In this document: positions 27,004 through 33,748 of the stretch, in pieces
Layout of the letters: each line of letters begins with the position of its first letter
Numbering within the stretch: the first letter of the stretch is position 1
Notes under the pieces: generated by a model
Databases searched by the model: none
Seen by the model: the letters and a program-made list of their open reading frames with translations, nothing else
Told to the model about the DNA's origin: nothing
NCBI GenBank assembly: GCA_963727645.1
Contig: CAVSHA010000011.1
Coordinates: 64,233 to 128,232 of the forward strand
Length of the DNA: 64,000 nucleotides
Direction: 5' to 3'
From: an uncultured Acidimicrobiaceae bacterium
GTDB lineage: Bacteria > Actinomycetota > Acidimicrobiia > Acidimicrobiales > Bog-793
Made by a program: the position numbers and the translations under genes

Positions 27004-27894
27004 TTCGACGAAATCTCCCACGTCGGCCTCATGGACCGATTGCGGAGAAGAGTTGGAGACAAGCGCGTCCTGGGACTGGTGAAGGCGTTCCTCAAAGCTG
27101 GTGTCCTCGGTAAGGACCAGGTGATGAGGGACACCGTTACCGGCACTCCGCAGGGTGGCATCCTCTCACCGCTCCTGGCGAATATCGCCCTGTCGGTGCT
27201 CGATGAGCACTTCATGGACGAATGGGAGTCCTGGGGCGGCACCTACGAACGCAGGCGAAGGCGTGTCAAGGGCCTGGCGAATTACCGAATCATCAGGTAT
27301 GCGGACGACTTTCTCGTCCTGGTCCACGGCACCGAAGAGCATGCCCAAGCACTGCGGTCAGAGGTTGCAACGGTGCTTTTGCCGATGGGCTTACGCCTGT
27401 CGGAGGAAAAGACACTGGTCACCCACGTCGACGAGGGCTTCGACTTTCTCGGCTTCCACATCCAGCGGAAGCGCCAAGAAGGAACGAATCGGCGCACGAT
27501 GTACACCTACCCGTCGAAGAACGCTCTCGCGGCGATCAAGGCGAAGGTGCGTGCGCTCACGCAGGGCAACACGAACCAGACCCTGGCCAACCTGCTGCAG
27601 CGGCTGAATCCGGTGCTGCGGGGCTGGACCAATTACTTCCGGCACGGCGTGTCGGCGAGGACCTTCAGCTACCTGAACGCCTTCTCTTGGCGGCGGGTGG
27701 TCAACTGGCTTCGCCATAAGCACCCTCGTGCCTCTTGGAGTTGGCTCCGTCGCCATCATCTCCCGAAGTGGCGGCCGACGGACGGCGAGGTGACCCTTTT
27801 CAACCCGGCGACGGTGTCGATCACGAGGTATCGCTACCGGGGGACAAGGATCGCAACGCCTTGGGCAGGGCCGAACGAGAGGGACGCCGCATAG
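27004..27894 (+). pseudogene. group II intron IEP, C-terminal part (FDEISH..., RT4-7 with YADD, and the X/maturase domain)
   Basis: FDEISHVGLMDRLRRRVGDKRVLGLVKAFLKAGV, TPQGGILSPLLANIAL, RYADDFLVL, GFDFLGFH and LNPVLRGWTNYFRH are present. The tracked ORF 26344..27894 upstream of 27004 is antisense LSR-E2 sequence. Confidence 0.9.
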
Positions 27895-27916
27895 CCCGGC
27901 GGCATGAGCTCGTGGA

Positions 27917-27950
27917 GAGCCGGATGCGGGGGAACTCGCACGTCCGGTTT
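27917..27950 (+). ncRNA. group II intron domain V
   Basis: GAGCCGGATGCGGGGGAACTCGCACGTCCGGTTT closely matches the 34-nt DV consensus. It has the AGC triad, a 2-nt bulge context and a GGAA (GNRA) tetraloop. Confidence 0.85.
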
Positions 27951-28014
27951 GGGAGTGCGGGCCGGGGAGACGGACCATCGAGAGGTGGATACCGCGCTCC
28001 GGCCCGACACTCAC

Positions 28015-28260
28015 TACTGGGCGGCCGATCTGTTGCAAGCCGAGGGCGCACACGTACACCTCGTCCATCCCCTCGGTCTGCACTGGGACTCAAGACGTGT
28101 GAAGAACGACCTGCTCGATGCCTCCGAGCTCGCGAAACGACTCTCCCGGGGTGATCTCCCAGAAGCCTGGATCGCTCCACCGGAACTTCGAGAGCTGCGA
28201 GAGCTCGTCAGATACCGTGCCAAGCTCGTCGCCCTGCGCATCTCGGCCAAGGCCCAGGTG
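28015..28260 (+). pseudogene. IS110-family transposase B, exon 2 (YWAADLL...RAKLVALRISAKAQV), truncated and fused in frame to the integrase remnant
   Basis: VKNDLLDASELAKRLSRGDLPEAWIAPPELRELRELVRYRAKLV is the conserved IS110 N-domain end. The C-terminal Transposase_20 half is absent. Confidence 0.8.
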
Positions 28261-29346
28261 CTGCGCCGCGGGTTTGCCACCAAGAAGAAGGCACAGGAGG
28301 AACTCGATATCGTGCGGGGCCAGGGCCGCACGAACAGTTACGTCGCTCCAGCGAGACTGACCGTCAGGGAGTACCTCGAGCAGTGGGTAGCCGGCCTACC
28401 CGTGACGGGACTGCGCCCGTCAACGATCGACGGTTACAGGCGGAACATGGACTACGTGATCCCCGTCTTGGGCGGCCTCCGTCTCGAAAGCATCACCTCA
28501 CTCGACCTGGACCGGCTCTATTCCCAACTGCTCGTCTCGGGACGCCGGCAGAGACCCGGACCGCTCTCGAAACGGACCGTTTTCTACATCCATTCCGTTC
28601 TGCACCGGGCTCTTTCGGACGCAGTCAAGACGGGCATCCTCTCCCGGAACGTGGCAGATAACGCCTCCGCCCCGTCCGCGAAGTCCACGCGGCCGCCGGA
28701 GGCTTCCTGGTGGACCCCTGCCGAACTCCGCACGTTCCTTTCCGCCACAGCGGACGAGCCGCTCGGCCCGCTGTTTCGTGTGGCAGCGATGACAGGCATG
28801 CGGAGGGGCGAAGTTTGTGGGCTGCGCTGGTCCGACGTCGACCTTGATGGCGCGCGTGTCGAAGTCCGTCAACAGCTCAACGTGGTTCGCTCACCCGGTG
28901 CACCTGACGGCGGCCTCGTCTTCTCTGCACGTACCAAGACCGACCACGGGCGACGGTCCATCGACATCGATCGGGCGACGGTCGCCGCTTTGCGGACCCA
29001 GAGGAAGCGCCAAGCCGAGCAACGGCTGCTCGTCGGCGCGGGCTGGACGAACGATCACGACCTTGTCTTCACCGACCCCGCCGGTCACCCGCTTGATCCG
29101 GAGTCGGTCGCGAAGGTGTTCGACCGCCGGGTCCACCGGCTCGGTCTGAAGCGGCTCAGGTTCCATGACCTTCGCCATACGCATGTCGCTCATCTGATCG
29201 CGGCCAAGCAGCAGCCGCTGAAGATAGCGAAGCGGCTTGGTCACGCTTCCGCGGCCTTCACGCAAGACTGCTACGGCCACCTCTTCGAGGATGCCGACTC
29301 GGAGGCTGCCGCCGCGGTTGCCGCAATGGTCGACGAGGCGTTGTGA
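28261..29346 (+). pseudogene. int: phage-type tyrosine integrase, missing its N-terminal few dozen residues
   Basis: It begins within the arm-binding/SAM-like region (RRGFATKKKAQEELD...LTVREYLEQWV). The catalytic motifs are AAMTGMRRGEVCGLRW, RFHDLRHTHV and LGHASAAFTQDCYGH. It abuts tRNA-Leu. Confidence 0.85.
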
Positions 29347-29378
29347 TCAGGCGAGGCGCTGTGATCAAAATGTGATCA
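29342..29378. repeat. three TGTGATCA motifs (candidate arm-type sites) at the integrase-proximal island end
   Basis: The octamers lie at 29342-29349 (overlapping the int stop codon), 29360-29367 and 29371-29378. Confidence 0.5.
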
Positions 29379-29447
29379 TTGGGCGGTTTTTGGCCTCTCG
29401 CAACGGCTTACGCAAGCCTGTCACGTGCGACTTTGTGTCGGCGTCGG

Positions 29448-29470
29448 AGTGCCCGGAGCGGGACTTGAAC
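29448..29470. repeat. tRNA-proximal att site of the island
   Basis: Identical 23-mer to 17455-17477. It covers the last 21 nt of tRNA-Leu plus 2 nt downstream. Confidence 0.85.
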
Positions 29471-29532
29471 CCGCACGTCCTTTCGAACAACGGCTTTTGA
29501 GGCCGCCGCGTCTGCCATTCCGCCATCCGGGC
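29450..29532 (-). tRNA. tRNA-Leu (anticodon CAA)
   Basis: The minus strand reads GCCCGGA TG GCGGAATGGCAGACGC GGCGGCCTCAAAAGCCGTT GTTCGAAAGGACGT GCGGGTTCAAGTCCCGC TCCGGGC A. It has a 7-bp acceptor stem, anticodon loop CT-CAA-AA, the long variable arm typical of Leu, and the T-loop GGTTCAAGTCC. Confidence 0.88.
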
Positions 29533-29594
29533 CGTTAGAGGAGCGTAGCTGGCCCGGTGCACACCGGTCACCCCTTGGACCTGCAAGTCTGAAG

Positions 29595-31565
29595 GTGATG
29601 GGAGATGTCACGGCCGGCGATCCGTCTCGGCAGCGCGGACCCGCATCTTTCGAGGTGGCGGCGGGCGCCGGGTCGACTTCTGACCAGTCCGACAACGCCG
29701 GTCGACGTGCTACGGCAACAGTTGCGCACGCCGTTCGTCACGAGTTGCGAGGTGCGCTGCGCCCCTCCGAGCTCGCAGAGGCAGCCGTTCTTGGTGACCT
29801 CGGGCTCGTCCTCGAGGTGCTCGGGTGGTTCGTGCCTCTCGTCGGTGCGGCCTTTCAGGGCCTGGCGATCGTTCCGTTCGCAGCCCTGGCAGCCCGGCAA
29901 CGGGCGCGGACAGTAGTGGTCGCGGTTCTCGCGGCCAGCTCGGTCTCGTTTCTCGTCGGAGGGGTCGGGATCGTCGTCCAGACTGCGATCGCCGGCTCGC
30001 TCGGCTTTGCCGTCGGCACTGCCTACCGTCGCCGGTGGAACCGGGCCACGGCTGTGCTGCTCGCGTTCTTCACCACTGGGATCCCGGTTGCGCTGATCTC
30101 GCTGTTGGGAGAGGCGCTGTCGCCGGGCCTCCGGCGCCTCGCTTTCGCCCAGGTGGAGATCCTGTGGCGGGACGCTCGAGCCGGGCTGAAGTTGGGCGGC
30201 GCCGGTTCGCTCGCGTCGACGGGCAACGAGACGCTTCGGTGGGTCATCGGTCACTGGTGGCTTACCGTGCCCTTGTTCGAGCTACTGGCAATCGTGCTGG
30301 CCGCCGCACTCTGTGCCCGCTACCTCTGGCCGCTCCTCGCGCGCTTGGAGCACGAGTCGCCGGCTCCTGCGGAACCTGCTCCCTGGTCTGCCAGGGCCAT
30401 CGTCCCGCGTCCCACGCCGTCGCCCGGCATGCCCGCGGGTGAGCTCGCGCCGGTACCCGTTGAGCTCGACCAAGTTTCGTACCAGTATCCGGACAGCAAC
30501 GCCTGGGCCGTCGCGCAGGTCTCGCTGCGCGTCCAACCCAAGTCGTTCCTTGCCGTCGTCGGCCCCAACGGCTCGGGCAAGTCAACACTTGTGCGTCTCA
30601 TAGCCGGGCGCTTGTCGCCGACTCTGGGCACGGTATGGCGGGCAGGCGATCCCGGGCTTGGCGTGCCGCGGGGCACGTCGATGATCTTCCAGAGGCCGGA
30701 GAGCCAGGTGCTGGGCGTTCGCGCGCGCGATGACGTGGTCTGGGGGCTGCCGCCCACATGGCCAACCGAGGTCGGAGCCGTGCTTTCCCGGGTGGGGCTC
30801 GCAGGTTTCGAGGAGCGCGAGACCGCCGGGCTCTCCGGGGGGGAACTGCAAAGGCTCGCGATAGCGGCGTGCCTCGCCCGCGAACCGCGCCTTCTCATTT
30901 CCGATGAGGCAACGGCCATGATCGACGGCCCCGGACGGGCCGAAGTTGTCGCGTTGCTCGAGTCGCTGGCTGCGGCGGGGATCGCAGTCGTTCACGTCAC
31001 ACACCGCGAAGCCGAGGCTGCAAGGGCAGACTCGGCGCTAGCGCATGCTGGGAGGGCGGTTGATACCTTCTTCGCCCCAAGGCGCGCCGAATTCCGTTGC
31101 CGGATCGCCGCCGGAGCGGGGGGAGCCCCAGACCAAGAGCACACGGCCGGCCGTGCCCGAATGGTCTTTCGATCCCCGGCCGTCGTTCCTCCGCGTGCGG
31201 GATCTGGGCTACGTGTACGCCAACCGAACCCCGTGGGCCCGTCGCGCTCTGGAGGGTGTCGATCTCGACCTTCACCGGGGCGAGGGCATCGTCGTCACCG
31301 GGGACAACGGGTCGGGCAAGTCGACGCTGGCGTGGATCCTCGCCGGTCTGCTCGTCCCGGCCGAGGGAGAGGTCCTGCTCGAAGGACAACCTGTCGTCGC
31401 CGGCACAGGTGCGGTCGGGATCTCCTTCCAGCACGCGCGCCTGCAGCTGATCCGGCCGACTGTGCTGTCCGATGTCGCGTTCGGTGCCGACGACGACAGG
31501 GCCGCCGCCGCGCTGCGATCGGTCGGCCTGGACCCCGTGACGATGGGGCCGAGGCGGGTAGATGA
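29595..31565 (+). CDS. membrane domain fused to an ABC ATPase (ECF-transporter A component); the ORF as tracked runs on out of frame over the next gene
   Basis: About 5 TM helices in the N-terminus. Walker A GPNGSGKST, signature LSGGELQR, Walker B LLISDEATAMID, and H-loop VTH. Similarity ends near 31060; the remaining ~170 aa are R/G/P-rich text. Confidence 0.7.
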   Translation: MMGDVTAGDPSRQRGPASFEVAAGAGSTSDQSDNAGRRATATVAHAVRHELRGALRPSELAEAAVLGDLGLVLEVLGWFVPLVGAAFQGLAIVPFAALAARQRARTVVVAVLAASSVSFLVGGVGIVVQTAIAGSLGFAVGTAYRRRWNRATAVLLAFFTTGIPVALISLLGEALSPGLRRLAFAQVEILWRDARAGLKLGGAGSLASTGNETLRWVIGHWWLTVPLFELLAIVLAAALCARYLWPLLARLEHESPAPAEPAPWSARAIVPRPTPSPGMPAGELAPVPVELDQVSYQYPDSNAWAVAQVSLRVQPKSFLAVVGPNGSGKSTLVRLIAGRLSPTLGTVWRAGDPGLGVPRGTSMIFQRPESQVLGVRARDDVVWGLPPTWPTEVGAVLSRVGLAGFEERETAGLSGGELQRLAIAACLAREPRLLISDEATAMIDGPGRAEVVALLESLAAAGIAVVHVTHREAEAARADSALAHAGRAVDTFFAPRRAEFRCRIAAGAGGAPDQEHTAGRARMVFRSPAVVPPRAGSGLRVRQPNPVGPSRSGGCRSRPSPGRGHRRHRGQRVGQVDAGVDPRRSARPGRGRGPARRTTCRRRHRCGRDLLPARAPAADPADCAVRCRVRCRRRQGRRRAAIGRPGPRDDGAEAGR

Positions 31566-31836
31566 GCTCTCCGGCGGCGAGCAGCGGCGCGTAGCCCTCG
31601 CCGGGCTGCTCGTGCGCGATCCTGTGCTTCTCGTGCTCGACGAGCCCTACGCAGGACTGGACGATGAGGCCCGGGAGGGGCTTGCCACGATTCTCGCCCG
31701 GCTGCGCGATGAGCGCGAGATGGCCACGGTGGTCGTCTCGCACGACCTCGACAACGCGGAGCTGCTCGGCGATCGGTTGGTCACGCTCGAGGCCGGGCGC
31801 GTGACTGGCGAGCGGAGTTCTTGGAGCGAGACGTGA
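31045..31836 (+). CDS. ABC ATPase (second ECF A component)
   Basis: Walker A GDNGSGKST, signature LSGGEQRR, Walker B LLVLDEPYAGLD, and H-loop VSHD. The true N-terminus is uncertain (see the frameshift finding). Confidence 0.8.
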   Translation: MLGGRLIPSSPQGAPNSVAGSPPERGEPQTKSTRPAVPEWSFDPRPSFLRVRDLGYVYANRTPWARRALEGVDLDLHRGEGIVVTGDNGSGKSTLAWILAGLLVPAEGEVLLEGQPVVAGTGAVGISFQHARLQLIRPTVLSDVAFGADDDRAAAALRSVGLDPVTMGPRRVDELSGGEQRRVALAGLLVRDPVLLVLDEPYAGLDDEAREGLATILARLRDEREMATVVVSHDLDNAELLGDRLVTLEAGRVTGERSSWSET

Positions 31837-32690
31837 CGGCGACCGGGCCGCGGTGGGCAGGAGGGCTTCTCCGGAGCGCGGACGCGGACTCTCCCAGGCG
31901 CGCCCGCAATTTGCAGCTCGGCGACATCCACGTCGTGCGGTTCGTGCCGGGGACGAGCCCTCTCCACCGCATGTGGGCGGGGACCAAGCTCGTCGCTCTC
32001 GGACTGCTCTCCATCGGGCTGCTCCTCTGGCCGTCGTGGAAGTCGATCGGGATCGTCGGCGCGCTGGTGCTCATCGCCTTCCTGGTGGCACGTCTGCCGC
32101 GGGGAATCAGCCCGAGGCTGCCGTGGTGGCTTGGCGGGTTCCTGCTGGCCGGAGCCGCGCTCGCCCTGGTCTCGGGCGGTCAGCCCGATGTCCACTTCGG
32201 CTCGCTCAAGGTTGGCCTGGGAGGTCTCGGCAACTTCATGCGCTTTTCGATGGTGGGCGTCGACGTGCTCTCCAGTGCCGCCTTGCTCGGTTGGACGACA
32301 CCCTTGGCGGACCTGTCGCCGGCTCTCGGGAGGCTGCTCGGACCGTTGCGCCACCTTCGCGTGCCGGTTGACGAGCTTGTCGGCGCCATCGCGCTCTCCA
32401 TCAGGTGCCTGCCCTTGCTGCTCGAAGAGGCGCGAGTGCTGCGGGCGGCTCGAAGGGCTCGCCGCCCGGCGAACTCCAGGTCCTTCAGGGAGCTCGGCGA
32501 CGAGTCCGTCGAAGTCGTCTTCGGAGCCCTTGCCAACGCCATCAGACGGGCGCGCGAGATCGCAGAGGCGATCGAGTCCCGAGGTGGTGTCCCCACCGTC
32601 GCTCCCGAGACCCACCCCTTCACGCGGGTCGACGTCGTGGCGCTGCTGGTGAGTGTGGTGGGAGTCGCCGCCATGGCCGTCCTTCGCTGA
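31821..32690 (+). CDS. ecfT: energy-coupling factor transporter transmembrane (T) component, CbiQ family
   Basis: Polytopic membrane protein directly after two ECF-type ATPases. Contains the LHRMWAGTKL motif and the conserved Arg-rich coupling helix region (ARVLRAARRAR). Confidence 0.7.
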   Translation: MERDVTATGPRWAGGLLRSADADSPRRARNLQLGDIHVVRFVPGTSPLHRMWAGTKLVALGLLSIGLLLWPSWKSIGIVGALVLIAFLVARLPRGISPRLPWWLGGFLLAGAALALVSGGQPDVHFGSLKVGLGGLGNFMRFSMVGVDVLSSAALLGWTTPLADLSPALGRLLGPLRHLRVPVDELVGAIALSIRCLPLLLEEARVLRAARRARRPANSRSFRELGDESVEVVFGALANAIRRAREIAEAIESRGGVPTVAPETHPFTRVDVVALLVSVVGVAAMAVLR

Positions 32691-32785
32691 GGGTGCGTCC
32701 CCCGATGCGAACGTCGCGAGGAGGCACGGCCTCGCGACGGGAGGGAATGGCGAACAGCGCGAGGGCCCGGTCGTAGACTTCCCGC

Positions 32786-33070
32786 ATGAAGCGCGACGAG
32801 GTGGAACGCCGTCTTTTGGAGGTCCACGCTCGTCTCGTGCGTGCTCGCCAGGAGCTTGCGGTCGTCGAAGAGCAGCTCGACGTGTTCCTCGAAACCGCGG
32901 ATGAAGCGCGCATTAGGTCACTCGTTTCCGAGACGCCATTGGCCGACCGCGACTGGCAGGACGCTCAACGCCATGCCGAGGCGATGACCCGTAGCCGCGA
33001 CAATGCCCGCGCCCGAGTGGCCGAGCTGGAGCGTGCGCAGGACGAGCTGCTCGCCAAGCTCGTAGTGTGA
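32786..33070 (+). CDS. hypothetical coiled-coil protein
   Basis: 94 aa with heptad-rich charged sequence, immediately upstream of pdtaR. Confidence 0.5.
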   Translation: MKRDEVERRLLEVHARLVRARQELAVVEEQLDVFLETADEARIRSLVSETPLADRDWQDAQRHAEAMTRSRDNARARVAELERAQDELLAKLVV

Positions 33071-33112
33071 ACAGCAATCGGACACAAGCAAGAGGCATGA
33101 GTCGACAAAGGA

Positions 33113-33718
33113 GTGGACCCGTTGGCCAGAACCGTCGTGATCGCTGAGGACGAGGCGATCGTTCGTCTAGACCTGCGCGAAATACTCGAAGAGCAGGGCT
33201 TCGAAGTCGTCGGCGAGACTGGACGCGGCGACGAGGCGGTCGAGCTCGCGCGACGTTACAGGCCTGACCTTGTGATCCTCGACATCAAGATGCCGGGGCT
33301 CGACGGGTTGTCGGCGGCCAGCGAGATCAACGTCGACCGGGCTTCGGCAGTCCTCATCCTCACGGCATTCAGTCAGCGCAACCTGATCGAGCAGGCGCGT
33401 GACGCCGGAGCGCTCGCCTATCTCGTCAAACCGTTCCAGCAAGACGAGTTGCTGCCGGCTATCGAGGTCGCTCTCGCCCGGTTCAACGAGATGCAGGCGC
33501 TCGCGGCCGAGAACGCCGCGCTGGCCGACGACAAGCGCAATCTCGAGGAGCAGTTGGCGACGCGGCGTTGGGTCGACCGGGCCAAAGGCAAGCTCATGGA
33601 CGACCACACGATGCGCGAGGCGGACGCCTTCACGTTCATCCAGCAGACGGCCATGAACCAACGCACGACGATCCGCGAGATATCGGAGAAGGTCGTCGCG
33701 GGCGAGATCGTCCCCTGA
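33113..33718 (+). CDS. pdtaR: ANTAR-domain response regulator (PdtaR-like)
   Basis: REC domain (VVIAEDEAIVRLDL...DLVILDIKMPGLDG...LILTAF...YLVKPF), then an ANTAR domain (RRWVDRAKGKLMDDHTMREADAFTFIQQTAMNQRTTIREISEKVV). Confidence 0.88.
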   Translation: MDPLARTVVIAEDEAIVRLDLREILEEQGFEVVGETGRGDEAVELARRYRPDLVILDIKMPGLDGLSAASEINVDRASAVLILTAFSQRNLIEQARDAGALAYLVKPFQQDELLPAIEVALARFNEMQALAAENAALADDKRNLEEQLATRRWVDRAKGKLMDDHTMREADAFTFIQQTAMNQRTTIREISEKVVAGEIVP

Positions 33719-33748
33719 CCCGTCACGGCCGGCCGTGCCCGGCTTAGC

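Larger units (their letters stand above)
23929..27005 (-). mobile_element. LSR-E2: 3077-bp cargo-less large-serine-recombinase element integrated in the intron IEP gene
   Basis: Deleting 23929..27005 restores ATC AAA TCA TGC TTC GAC GAA ATC TCC CAC (IKSCFDEISH). Both junctions carry (C)TT. The joined ends give GCAGTGTGTTGAGGCCTCC-AA-GGAGTAGGCGACACACTGC, with arms matching at 14 of 19 positions as an inverted repeat. Confidence 0.85.
22787..28014 (+). mobile_element. bacterial group II intron (about 2.15 kb native) carrying a nested 3077-bp LSR-E2 insertion in its IEP gene
   Basis: The 5' end is GTGCG (22787) and the 3' end is ...CAC (28014). There is a canonical domain V 23 nt after the IEP stop and an RT/maturase ORF in domain IV. 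Removing 22787..28014 joins EATYGW|YWAADLL in frame. Confidence 0.85.
17455..29470. mobile_element. 12-kb genomic island integrated at the 3' end of tRNA-Leu(CAA); probably immobilised because the integrase is truncated
   Basis: Exact 23-bp direct repeat AGTGCCCGGAGCGGGACTTGAAC at 17455-17477 and 29448-29470. The latter covers the tRNA 3' end. A tyrosine integrase lies next to the tRNA. TGTGATCA repeats are found near both ends. Confidence 0.8.
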
